A stretch of 63,994 nucleotides of DNA, filler included, from Dimargaris cristalligena (Eukaryota), in assembly GCA_003614675.1 (NCBI GenBank). It is 10 parts of 10 records of this genome, joined end to end, with 100 filler letters (N's around TTAATTAATTAA, not from the genome) between each part and the next. Parts side by side here need not be neighbours in the genome. Positions count along the whole stretch, not along the records: positions 19,344 to 25,679 come from ML003532.1; positions 25,780 to 32,115 come from ML003533.1; 8 more parts are not named here. One strand, given 5' to 3'. Shown piece after piece: positions 22,701-32,215 of this stretch. A program made the translations under genes and the position numbers. How positions within the stretch are numbered: the stretch's first letter is position 1; every line of letters begins with the position of its first letter. The notes under the pieces are model-generated. The model saw nothing but the letters and a program-made list of their open reading frames with translations, ran no database searches and had not been told where the DNA came from.

Positions 22701-25419
22701 GACTGGCATAAGGACCCTCAGATGGTTCAATGACACCAGTTTCCAGGCGATCTCGTAGCATTTGAACAACTTTATCGTGCATTGCTCGGGGTACCGCAAA
22801 TGGTTTGTAATTCCACGGGGTGTGTGGTACAGTTGCTACTCGAATAGGTGGCACAAACTCGGGCTTAATCATCCCCAAGTGTTGTTTGGTAAAGGCAAAG
22901 ACTTGGTCGACCTCTCGGAGTCGGCCAAGGAAATAACGAATTTCTTTTGGTGTCAGTTCCCCATCACCAATAACTAATGTTTTAACATTTTCATCAGTCA
23001 ATTGGAGTTCTGGGTCACCATTTATGTCAACCTCGTCAAAGACATCTCGACCAGTGATAGGATACTCTTGCTTGAACTCGTCGGGAATAGGTGCTGCAAC
23101 CGGACGAATTTTCTTGTGAACCGGTTTGAACCTCGCCGCATTCACCATGGGTAACTCAGCCATTACCATCAGACTACGCACCATACTACTGATAGGTCCT
23201 TCAGGTATAGTAAATCGCTCGGTGACATTATTCCAGGTTACCACCAACTGCTTCTGCCCATCAACACCCTTACTAACGACCCAGTCGACGGAGGATAACC
23301 AGGGCATTCCCAGAATAGTCTGTTGGTGCTTGTCATTGACGACTAAGAAACTGGTGGGTACGGTTAACTGCCCAGTGGTGACCAGCACATCCCAGACGGC
23401 CTTTCCAGATTCCACAGCACTTTCGCCAACGCCGAATACCTTGGGGATATCAGGATGTAACTGAATTGCACCCTCCGGTAATAGTTTTGCCAATCGCGCT
23501 GGTACCAGGTTAACTTCAGACCCAGTGTCAATTAGCACATCGGCTTTCGCTCCCCCAATCATGGCAGGAATAACCATTGTTGGCAATCGTAAAACTCGGG
23601 TGTTCACTTTCGCACTTCGGGGACTGGAATGACCCCGGGATTTAATCCCCATACCACCGTCAGAGTCGGACTCGGAGGTATCGTCCACCTGAACTCCATG
23701 AGCTATCGGATCTGGAGTTAAGTACTCCCGGTGCTTCACTAGATGCTGGCGGACTAGCTTACGGGCTCGAGGTACAACCGCTAGATATTCCCAGGTAGAT
23801 AAACCTAGATTACCACGGCCAAGATGTTCCATGACCAATTCATCAGAGTTAACCTCATCAATCTTGGCTACTAAGTGGTACTTCGGGTTTTTCCTCTGTC
23901 TAGTTGGCACCTCAGTTCCCTTCTCCTGGGTCTGCTTCCCCGGTGAAGGTACTTCGATTTCCTCCATACCACCATCATCGTCGTCATCGTGATTGACAAT
24001 TTTGGCTGGTTGAGGTTGATTAGAAGATGCACTCTTGTGTTTCCCATTGAGCGAACGGTCTTCCACCACAGCATCGGCTGGCTCACCGGCCAGGCATTTA
24101 GATCGCTTGATAGCCCCGGCCTGACGCACCACTAGATGGCTAGACATCTCCATTATGCCCCATTGGTCCGGAATCTTCGAAATGGTTACCGCCGAACTGG
24201 TGATACGTGGTTCGCGTTCTGCTAATGCTGCCTTGATACCGCCTTGGCCAAATCGTGTGGTGGCTACAGACCCATCAGCAAAGAGAACTTGCTTGCCACT
24301 CAGGCGCAGCTTCTTGGCAGCCACGGCCTCAAAGAACTCGGTACAATCGCTTCGGTAGTGTCCTGGTTGATCACAAAACAGGCACAGCTTCTGGCGAGGC
24401 GTGGTAGAATGTCCCTGCTTTGCTCCCTCCAATCTGGCCTGCATCATCCCACTGAGTCGATCAAACAGTCGGGCCTCCATGCCGGCAAACTGGCTAGCCA
24501 AATCATCAACCTGCGCTTGGTTGGTTTTGACGGCCGTCTTCGATGTTTTACTGATGGACCTTTTCTTCCTCTCATGCCCGTCGTCATCGCTGGAATCATC
24601 ATCAGTGTCCTCAGAACTATCCGAGTCCGAATCATAGCTGGAGTCAGAACTATCCCCGTCCCTTCTACGTTGGCCAAGGTGTTTATCCTGATGCGCGGTC
24701 TCAGTTAGCTTTGTCAGATACTCAGGGAACGATGGTTTTCCATTGTGGAATTTATCCAAGGTCCGCACAAGCAATTGACGTGGCATCGTCTTTTCCAGCA
24801 GCTTGATTTTTTCTGCATTGGAAACTTCGGTGGCAAGGCTCGCCGCCTCCTCAAAGATCTGAAGGAATGGCAGGATCTCTTTACCACGGGGTCGCTTCTT
24901 GGCCAGGCGCTGCAAGGTTCTATAACAGTGGTCCGGCCCTTCGCGTCGCTTTCTGGCTGCGTACTTCAGCAGGAAGGCCTTGACTTGCTTCCAAGGTGTT
25001 CCCGGTTCGTACAAATCGCGCAGCTGGTTTCGCACTTTCTTCGGGGTTAATTTCTTAACATGACGCAGGCGTTCTCGATCAGACATACCGCGCGCATTAG
25101 CATAGGCCTCGAATTCTTCCAGAAAACTTTCAGCGTCCTCATCGGTGTACCCCAGAGGTTTGTCCATCCCCTGGTACGTGGTACCAACCCACGGAATGAG
25201 CCCCCCCGCATTGGGCTCCACTTGTGTTGCCAACGATTTGAGGGACTCCGCTGGCGTGCCTTTGGGAGAGTTGGCAGGAGGGGGAATCTCCGGTTTCTTT
25301 CCACTTGATGGCTCGCCATATTTTGTCATGTAATGCGGAACGTTGGGCTTTGCTGGGTTCGGGGGGGTCGAGACCGAGGTGTCCTTAGGGAAGTCGCCGC
25401 TGGTGTTCTGGTCGGCCAT
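19723..25419 (-). CDS. Gag-Pol polyprotein (1898 aa): Gag with CCHC knuckle, aspartic protease, RT, RNase H, dUTPase, integrase
   Basis: CLFCDQPGHYRSDC knuckle; LIDTGSEVN protease; RT KFDLYSGYDQ...RLPMGWANS...LFVDDG; RNase H TDASPIGAG...RYSQIKRELFA; dUTPase AGMDV/RSSMA/GGVVDPSYTGEI/GDRVAQ/GFGSTG; integrase HGGHPSGH...CDIC, GIDL, ADRG, MIERGH, WRGPY; no chromodomain. Confidence 0.97.
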   Translation of the reverse strand: MADQNTSGDFPKDTSVSTPPNPAKPNVPHYMTKYGEPSSGKKPEIPPPANSPKGTPAESLKSLATQVEPNAGGLIPWVGTTYQGMDKPLGYTDEDAESFLEEFEAYANARGMSDRERLRHVKKLTPKKVRNQLRDLYEPGTPWKQVKAFLLKYAARKRREGPDHCYRTLQRLAKKRPRGKEILPFLQIFEEAASLATEVSNAEKIKLLEKTMPRQLLVRTLDKFHNGKPSFPEYLTKLTETAHQDKHLGQRRRDGDSSDSSYDSDSDSSEDTDDDSSDDDGHERKKRSISKTSKTAVKTNQAQVDDLASQFAGMEARLFDRLSGMMQARLEGAKQGHSTTPRQKLCLFCDQPGHYRSDCTEFFEAVAAKKLRLSGKQVLFADGSVATTRFGQGGIKAALAEREPRITSSAVTISKIPDQWGIMEMSSHLVVRQAGAIKRSKCLAGEPADAVVEDRSLNGKHKSASSNQPQPAKIVNHDDDDDGGMEEIEVPSPGKQTQEKGTEVPTRQRKNPKYHLVAKIDEVNSDELVMEHLGRGNLGLSTWEYLAVVPRARKLVRQHLVKHREYLTPDPIAHGVQVDDTSESDSDGGMGIKSRGHSSPRSAKVNTRVLRLPTMVIPAMIGGAKADVLIDTGSEVNLVPARLAKLLPEGAIQLHPDIPKVFGVGESAVESGKAVWDVLVTTGQLTVPTSFLVVNDKHQQTILGMPWLSSVDWVVSKGVDGQKQLVVTWNNVTERFTIPEGPISSMVRSLMVMAELPMVNAARFKPVHKKIRPVAAPIPDEFKQEYPITGRDVFDEVDINGDPELQLTDENVKTLVIGDGELTPKEIRYFLGRLREVDQVFAFTKQHLGMIKPEFVPPIRVATVPHTPWNYKPFAVPRAMHDKVVQMLRDRLETGVIEPSEGPYASRWFTLLKKDGVNLRFIQDFQPVNAVTIRNAGVPPVADEMAEELSGCSLITKFDLYSGYDQIPIDPRDRDIFAINTPIGLVHMTRLPMGWANSVSAFQRVLTSILHRHMPDRLSLFVDDGVVKTRMPKTEAEIQTEEVRQKVIQHADDVVSILSDLMKAGLVISGMKSAFAMTKVEVLGYMCTTDGRCPTDSKVAAIQAWDIPASPKDVRSFIATCAFLRIWIPHFSTIAGPLYALTRQRVKFEWGPEQSKAFETLKKAITEAPLIRAPRYGEDVPPLILTTDASPIGAGAVLGQMDNDGQRYVIRYESYLFSDRERRYSQIKRELFATYMMVKKLRRYLYGVFFILEIDAQPLIGLINCPDLPGDVASRWIGYLKMFDFEIRHIKGVDNPITDALSRLPMKGSLPPPQVNQLKVYASDGTPIPVLKHSTDAGMDVTARVDIHFEPFETVRVPTGLHCTPPDGTYIRIADRSSMALRGFRVGGGVVDPSYTGEICVIMSNELNRSQDIKQGDRVAQFIMERFARPEVIQVPKEAILGEQGIAGFGSTGVNVVHSTSITDEGIHLGVNEIKQAGVKDHGKFSDIIQFLKTGSPNKDLTANQRAGVKQQSRNYLLESGMLFKREKMGLPRRVISDPEERIRVIKAVHGGHPSGHRGIKATYRMCASRFFWPKLYKDIERVIRTCDICQRNPYGSVQVPLKVSVGSTVFSRIGIDLTELEESADGHRYLVVARDDLSGWVEARALTDKKSSTVYQFLYEDIISRFGIPGEILADRGELWGKVVAKAARQDGLTLKFTTAYHPQTNGMIERGHRDLVNCLKKLCHNQPETWPGFLHAALWADRTTVKSTTGLSPYRLIYGQDCTLPFDLQESTWVSLPWQKGMSTDELLQFRSIQLIQNSWLRELAGINLDESRQRGKKYFERRHPIRRTPFQPGDMVLLKDTRLSKVKGKLRLRWRGPYVIDTVIHEDVYTLCELDGAPFKDPTAGVHLRQYFHSV
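21062..21468 (-). other. dUTPase domain inside pol, between RNase H and integrase
   Basis: Five trimeric dUTPase motifs in canonical order; motif 5 reads EQGIAGFGSTG. Confidence 0.93.
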
Positions 25420-25679
25420 CGCGTCGTATGTCGTTGTCTCGCGTCGTCGGTTGTTAAAAAGGTCGAAATAAAAAAAACGTTATAAGGAAAACGTTATGCT
25501 CAAATCGTATAATCAATTTGGTACTCGGAGATACCACAAACTCAAACTAAGTAGATAAAAGTAAAACAAGTAGAAGTAATGGTAATAAAATAACTGATAA
25601 TGATAAAACTGGGTAAAAGGTTAATCGTCGGTATCGTCTGGTGAAGTTAAAACAGATATTTATTCGTTTATCTCGAAAC

Positions 25680-25779
25680 NNNNNNNNNNNNNNNNNNNNN
25701 NNNNNNNNNNNNNNNNNNNNNNNTTAATTAATTAANNNNNNNNNNNNNNNNNNNNNNNNNNNNNNNNNNNNNNNNNNNN
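25680..25779. other. Artificial contig linker
   Basis: N/TTAATTAATTAA/N, 100 nt. Confidence 0.99.
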
Positions 25780-25800
25780 AGACTGCTCCAGTTGGCCCTG

Positions 25801-25850
25801 ATAAGGTTATCAGGCTATATTACCTTGTGGTATTAATTGCGACCACAACA
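25801..25850. repeat. Dispersed repeat at contig start
   Basis: ATAAGGTTATCAGGCTATATTACCTTGTGGTATTAATTGCGACCACAACA matches the reverse complement of 12750-12799. Confidence 0.85.
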
Positions 25851-25869
25851 ACACCATAAACCCAATTCT

Positions 25870-26590
25870 TAATGGTGTTTACCTATAAAGATGATTGTTT
25901 AATTGCACTAAATGTGCACTAACCTTTTTTCAATTACCCAGGGTTTATAATGGTGAATATATCTTGGGCCTATACCATGTGTAAAAAGCATCACTTAGTA
26001 GGCCTGCATTAGCCAATGGCAACATGCTTAAGCCATATAATCTGCGCAAAAGACCCCATCAGGGCTGCGTGGCATGTTTCTATTTATGTCCCCATACTCT
26101 TCAGGAAATTGGCAACCATGATTGGTGGACTTTTAAACATCAACAGGCACTAGTTCTTGGAAAGGATCCTTTATAATGGCTTGAACAGTTAATGTCTGAT
26201 CCTAATACCACCATTGAAGAGCCCTTTCACAGTTTTGAATTGGCAAATGAGCCTCTTTATTTCTTTAATATTACTATTTTCCAAATAAGCTAATTATTTA
26301 AGAAACATTAAACTTGTAAAGGATTGTTGTTCAAGGTAAGTATATTTGGCAGTGCTATTCGGTAGGTGGCCTGCCATATGTGCCTGGTGGTATACCATAT
26401 GCCTGATGTATTTTGGTCACAGGTCACTGTGGCTGGGTATTTGCAAGTGGAGGAGGGTGTCAACTTTCATTCAGTTAGGCCCGCAGTCCATGGGGCTGTT
26501 TTTCTACTTGTAAAAAATATGGCACTCCCAGAGTTGCAAGGGGCAGCTCCTATAATAGGCCTGCTTGTTATTTTGGACCAGTGGGAATAG
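25870..26590 (-). pseudogene. CpG-depleted decayed coding remnant, probably TE-derived
   Basis: Protein-like minus-strand frame (PKYIRHMVYHQAHMAGHLPNSTAKYTYLEQQSF...) broken by many stops; family not recognised. Confidence 0.3.
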
Positions 26591-27423
26591 GCAGACATAT
26601 ATCACTCGGCTAGATGAAATATTAAGGAATTCTATTTTATTGTAAATGTAATGCCTCGCCCCGGGGATCCGGGAGGAGCGATGATTTGCCTGCCGGGTTG
26701 AGAAGACCCAGGGTGAGACACGGAAGTTGGCCCAGACCTTTGTAAATTTGGGGATTCAGGCTGAGAAGGTGACGGCGATGTTGACATCTCTTGCGGGGAG
26801 ACTAATCAATTACGACTGGAGCGAAACATACTGCGAATTGTGGGTAACGTTGTAAGAGGATCAATGATTGTTATTAATATTTGAAATGTAAATAAGAAGT
26901 TATGGCTACTTACTGCCTCACCCTCGCTGACTTCTTCAATACACAACGACTAGAAGGGTTTTTTTATTTTATAAATGCTTAAGGACCAAAATGAATAATA
27001 TATGCTGCCAGGTTTTTTGCTCCCCGATTTAGGGAACAAAACTGGTGGGTTTAAATACTCCCGTCCTCAAACTAAGAATGCGGATTTTTACAGCACTCAG
27101 TCAGGCAGCAGAAGGGGTTTGCCCCTTCTTGATGAGGTACACTGCTGCCCCATGATCAGCTCTGGGCACTAACTTCCTCCAGCAGCTACGACGGTAACAG
27201 CTAGCTCCCACAATGGCCCGATGAGGATGCCTCCGTTATATGAAACGGGAATATATTGAAACTGATAATGATTGATCCGGTTTGATAGGAGAAAAGGCTT
27301 CCCGAACCCCATAATATGCAACACTATATGAATTAGGGGAGAATATCGGGAAATATATACACAAGTAAAAGGGATAATGAATAAACTTTCCCGATTCTGC
27401 ACTTTGCAGCACTACATAAATAC

Positions 27424-27565
27424 TATGGGGTGAAAGTCTGCCCACATATAGACGGCTATTAATGATATGTGCATGGTACAATGTATTGCAGATTCATTCT
27501 CAGCAAGTAATAGAAGCCTTATCCAACCCATTTTTTATTTATAGTCTGGTTGAACCTCTCCTATA
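27424..27565 (-). mobile_element. MITE family A, copy 3
   Basis: Minus strand starts (A)TATAGGAGAGGTTCAACCAGACTATAAA; the other end reads TATGGGGTGAAAGTC on the plus strand. Confidence 0.7.
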
Positions 27566-28716
27566 TCATTTATTATCAGCCTAGGAACTGTGGCAGTCGC
27601 GAACCAATCGATCAATGGAGGGGCCCATTTTTGGGGATAAGACCAACTTAATTGACAATGCATTCTGTTAATGTTTCCTGTGCTCATATTTTTAGTGGCT
27701 GCATTGGTTTGGGCACTGATTGAACCTCCGTTACACATGGCTCGGGATGCGCAGGAATGGGGCAAGCACACTCAATAAGTCAGTTTGGGCCTGGATACAT
27801 GTGCCCAATCACACCCATTCTACGTGACTATATATACATCTCTCTCTCCTATTTTCGTGGAGTGAAATAGACCAGCATCTTGACTGGCCACCAATATTAG
27901 AATCCCAATGATTAACATTTCCTCGTATATTTAGAACTGACCAAGTGGCCAGTCGCAATACAGGTGAAAATCCAAACAGGTCGCCGACAGCCGGGCCAGC
28001 TTAAGCAGGGTAGAGTGTGTTATTCCAGGCAGGGAGAGAGTGGGGAAGATGCCACGCTGACTTTGTGACCTCTTCCTCTCGCTTATCTTCGACCCGTCCT
28101 AATGACATCCCTTAGGCGGAATACCTTGGGAACATTCTCCACGTAACCAGCTGTTCTAGTTTGCGACCCGACTCTATTTCCCCAAATATGAATGCCCCCG
28201 AGTAGGACATGGCGATAGATAAGCAAGGTTATACAGAAGTTTAGAGTGACACCCTGGAAAGGAGCTGATCCTAAAACAATAGCCCTATGCTGTCAAAAAA
28301 ACGCCTCATGCTCAGAGAGCATTATTACCGAATAGAAATAGTATAGTGTGGGTCCAATGGGAGAATAACCAGGGCATATGGTCTGTGAGTGGGTATCAAA
28401 GTTTTCCTACTATTACGACTGTTCACCAGTCCTCTTTAATAATTCCCCGTCCGGTATAATAATGCCGGGTTATGCTTCCAGCCGTCTTACTCAGCTTTGT
28501 CTTCTTACTTGTTGAATCCACGCCTATTCCCTTGCGTAGATCCATTTTCCTGTTAGTTAGACCATTTGGCTCAACTCCTCTGCCCTTCTTCTCTTATCAA
28601 CTCTCTCTGCTTGAACTCCCCCCCCCCCGTTGCATACACTCCTTCACTGATTCCGCGCTTGTATTTATCTAGCATATGCCATATTCGACTACAATACTAT
28701 TCTTTTAACTCAACCC

Positions 28717-31539
28717 ATGCACCAGATTCCTGCGCTTCGGGCGGCAAGTCGGCGACTGGCCCTTCCGTTACGGGGCAGCGGTGGTCCGCTTCTCGTCCAC
28801 CGGTCCCTCCGGCCCACCGCCACGTCCGGTAGTCGCCAGGCGTCGGCCCGCTCCTTCCATTCGGGCCGGTGGTGGTCCCGGGCCCGGTCCTGGACCTCGT
28901 CCCAGTTCTCCTCCGCATCTGCCCGCTTCACTAATAGTAGTAGTTACACCAGCGGCAGTGGTCGACCTCGGTTGGCGCCCGGTCGCTTATTCCCGGCCCT
29001 GGTCCTCCTCCTCCGGCACCCCGCTTTCCACACCGCGGCCCATACCCTCGCCACGGCGGGGGCCACCGCTCCCCGGCGCGGTCGTGACCTCACCAAACGA
29101 CTTCCCCCGGCCCGTCTGTACGAACTGAAAGCCGACCACTACCGCCGGGCCTTACTAACGGAATCCAACGACGATGTTATTTGGAATTTATACAAGAAAC
29201 TTCATGCGTCGCGGTCCACGAATTTTCTAACCCGCCAGGATTACGTATGGACGTTGCATCGGCTGTGGAACCCGGCCGTATTGGCCAATTTTCGGTTGGA
29301 GGCCCGTCGGGCCGCTAGTCGTTCGTTGGCTCGGGGACCATCAGCTGCGACGGGCGGTGGCGCCATGTCCAAAGCCGTATCGGCCGCAACGTCATTTAGC
29401 CAGGCCCAGCTCGGGCGGTTTGCCACCCTCGGACCTGGCGGGGCCGTCAACCCCCTCATGAACCAGCGCATTATGCATACTGCCTGGCAAACGGACCTCA
29501 CCTCACCCATTCGGATAGACCGCTGGTTTAATCCCCAGGAAGTGCGGTTTCCCCGTATGCGGGTACGCACCCGGCAGCGGATTCGGCAAATTAGCCAGGA
29601 CTGGCTATTCCCCGAGACCATTGCAACGTTGGACACTACCCTACGACCCGCCGCGGCCACGGCTACAACGGCTACCCACGGTGCCGCGCGCTCTTTCCGG
29701 AGAAGGGGGGATACTCCCATTAGTCACCACCACCTCCGGCCCTCCCAACGTCCTACTGCCAAAATTCGCTACAGCAGTGGGATGGTAGGGGGAATGACGA
29801 CGGTAACACGGGGCCGCCTGAGTGGGCAGCCCATCCCGGAAACTCCCGGTCACTACGGGGCTGAAGGCGGGGATTTCCCTTTGATATTCACCCCGGCCAA
29901 TGATGAGGGTGGGAGCTATGAAGAGGTGCCATTGTTGGTATCCGAAGCCACAGCGGCCACTGCTGCCCTCCGAGATACCACCAAGGCGGCTGCTGCTGCC
30001 ATGGGCGATGAAACAGCTGGCAGGGCGGCTAATAATAGTAACTCTTTGCACCCCAATTCCCTTCCAGAGGGGGGCGAGAAGTTTCCAGACACCCCCACCG
30101 TCGTTGATTTTCCCCACCGCGACCAGTCTGGTGAAGAGACTCCCGGTTTGACCGGTTCCGCCGGGCCCTCCTCCGCATCATTTCAACCGAGCCGCCCTTC
30201 GCCCGATGACTGTGACTGGGTTCTGGAACTTTATATCCGCCTTGGGCTGCACCAGGATGCTGTTGACCTGGCCCACCTGTTAGCACAGCGCCAAATCGGG
30301 TTTTCCACCTCCACCCTAAACTGGCTGATGTTGGCTTATCGCTCGCGGAGAAATCTGGTGGGCGCCCGGGCCCTTCTGCAGGATATGCTCCACGCCTGGC
30401 CCCAGGTATCCCCCAACGCCCGAACCTACCGCATTTTCATTGGCCTTTTGGTCCAGTGCGGTGAATTTGAAGAAGCCTGGTCGACCCTGGAGGACCTCCA
30501 GGCCCTCACCCAATCCCCCGAAACGCACATGGCCCAGGTACTACTTAAGGGAATGCAAAATACCCAAACGGATGAAACCATCCGGCAGTTTTGTGATAAT
30601 ATCCGGCAACGGAGTTCCACCCACTGGTCTCATGCGCTGGCCACTAATTTAATCGAAATGCTCAGCCCGCCGTTGTCAACCACGAAAACAATGGGTCGTA
30701 GTGACATGCTGGGCTCCTTCACCGCCAGTGGTCATCATCCCCATCCCCTTGCCGCCAACTTAGATACCGCCGTGGCCGTGTTCCATACCTATCGCCTTCA
30801 TACACCCTCCATCCATGCATCGGTTTTCGGTGCCCTCTTGCGGCTTTACAATGCCCACGACCAAGCCTACGATGGTATCGTTACCCTCCGCCCTTTAATC
30901 GACGCTACCTTCTCGAAAGAACACCTCGGAACTGACCTGGCGTGTGAACTCATGTCTTCCTACGCCGCCATTTCCGACCACAAGAATGTATACCTCCTCT
31001 ACCGCAATCTCATCCAGCATAGTAACAGCAATACGGGCTTCGTGACACTTCAGGCTAACCATTTCTTGCATTTCCTGCACTGTTTCGCCACGTTAAACAA
31101 TATGGACCTGGTTTGCCACGCCCTCTACCACCTTTCCGGTAATTCGGCCCTAGCCACCACTACTCATGAGCATGGAGATGGTGATGCTAATGGTGGTAAA
31201 GTGAGGAGGAGTAGTGCAAGCAACCAGCGTCCTTTGTCCCTGCATACCGGCTTAGTCAACCGGGCACTCGAACTGGCCCTCACTACCCATAATTCCGGCC
31301 TGTTACCTGTTTTTTTGTACCTACTCGAACTGAATTGTCTCCCGTGGAACTTATTCACCTACGAATTAGTGATGCGCCATTACCTACAATCAGGGAATAC
31401 TAAGGCCGCCCATCGGTACTGGCGTAAATTCACCCAATCCGGGGAACCGGTCCACCAAGCGAGCTTTGCGGCCTTTTGCGCGAAGTATCGACCCATCGAT
31501 TCGCCACCCCACCGGCGAATGTGGTATGTGTTCGCCTAG
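28717..31539 (+). CDS. Mitochondrial pentatricopeptide-repeat (PPR) protein
   Basis: Arg/Ser-rich, acid-free presequence; tandem 35-aa PPR motifs (STLNWLMLAYRSRRNLVGARALLQDM; PNARTYRIFIGLLVQCGEFEEAWSTLEDL; NLFTYELVMRHYLQSGNTKAAHRYW). Confidence 0.88.
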   Translation: MHQIPALRAASRRLALPLRGSGGPLLVHRSLRPTATSGSRQASARSFHSGRWWSRARSWTSSQFSSASARFTNSSSYTSGSGRPRLAPGRLFPALVLLLRHPAFHTAAHTLATAGATAPRRGRDLTKRLPPARLYELKADHYRRALLTESNDDVIWNLYKKLHASRSTNFLTRQDYVWTLHRLWNPAVLANFRLEARRAASRSLARGPSAATGGGAMSKAVSAATSFSQAQLGRFATLGPGGAVNPLMNQRIMHTAWQTDLTSPIRIDRWFNPQEVRFPRMRVRTRQRIRQISQDWLFPETIATLDTTLRPAAATATTATHGAARSFRRRGDTPISHHHLRPSQRPTAKIRYSSGMVGGMTTVTRGRLSGQPIPETPGHYGAEGGDFPLIFTPANDEGGSYEEVPLLVSEATAATAALRDTTKAAAAAMGDETAGRAANNSNSLHPNSLPEGGEKFPDTPTVVDFPHRDQSGEETPGLTGSAGPSSASFQPSRPSPDDCDWVLELYIRLGLHQDAVDLAHLLAQRQIGFSTSTLNWLMLAYRSRRNLVGARALLQDMLHAWPQVSPNARTYRIFIGLLVQCGEFEEAWSTLEDLQALTQSPETHMAQVLLKGMQNTQTDETIRQFCDNIRQRSSTHWSHALATNLIEMLSPPLSTTKTMGRSDMLGSFTASGHHPHPLAANLDTAVAVFHTYRLHTPSIHASVFGALLRLYNAHDQAYDGIVTLRPLIDATFSKEHLGTDLACELMSSYAAISDHKNVYLLYRNLIQHSNSNTGFVTLQANHFLHFLHCFATLNNMDLVCHALYHLSGNSALATTTHEHGDGDANGGKVRRSSASNQRPLSLHTGLVNRALELALTTHNSGLLPVFLYLLELNCLPWNLFTYELVMRHYLQSGNTKAAHRYWRKFTQSGEPVHQASFAAFCAKYRPIDSPPHRRMWYVFA

Positions 31540-32115
31540 AAACCCCGAATATATATGACATTGCTTCGCGTACCCCGGTCCCCATTTATAACTATTTATG
31601 ATGTATAATCATTTATTTAATGTCACTTTTATTAATATTTATATATATATAACCCTCCCAGTATTAATTTATGTGCTGATGTAATAAAACTTAAACTTTG
31701 GAATGTTAAGGTATTTTGTATGAGAATAGGGGAGGAGGGGTGCTTGGAGGCGCAGTCACCTGAGGCTAGAGAGAGTTGTGATGTTTGAAGTCCAAATCAG
31801 GTTCACGGCCTTTATTGGGGAGTTTCTCACCCTATTCGGCTGCTCTTGTGATACACAAATCAATGGTAGTTGTTTGAGACTCTATAGTCATTTGTCCATA
31901 ATAGTTTAAGGTGGTACAGATGGAATCAAGCCTAAGCCCAAGCCCAAGCGGCAGCCTCCGCTTTCCCAAGTCGGGTGTCTTTGTGCTTTCCTCTCGGCTA
32001 TATTGGAAAACCCAGGACCCCAAGGATACCCCATATATTGGGCTACCGAAAGCATCGAATAAAGTAACCTGCTCTACTTCCGTTTTCTCTGGGCCTCTGT
32101 GGTTTCTGCCAACTG

Positions 32116-32215
32116 NNNNNNNNNNNNNNNNNNNNNNNNNNNNNNNNNNNNNNNNNNNNTTAATTAATTAANNNNNNNNNNNNNNNNNNNNNNNNNNNNN
32201 NNNNNNNNNNNNNNN
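32116..32215. other. Artificial contig linker
   Basis: N/TTAATTAATTAA/N, 100 nt. Confidence 0.99.

Larger units (their letters stand above)
19344..25679 (-). mobile_element. Ty3/Gypsy (Metaviridae) LTR retrotransposon, internal region; LTRs not captured in the contig
   Basis: The whole contig is leader + gag-pol + trailer; domain order PR-RT-RH-(dUTPase)-IN is Ty3/Gypsy type. Confidence 0.93.

Noticed and set aside
31778-32115. Possible minus-strand LTR end (AATAAA...ATCACA) at the contig edge
   Set aside because: No second copy in the window and no other boundary visible.
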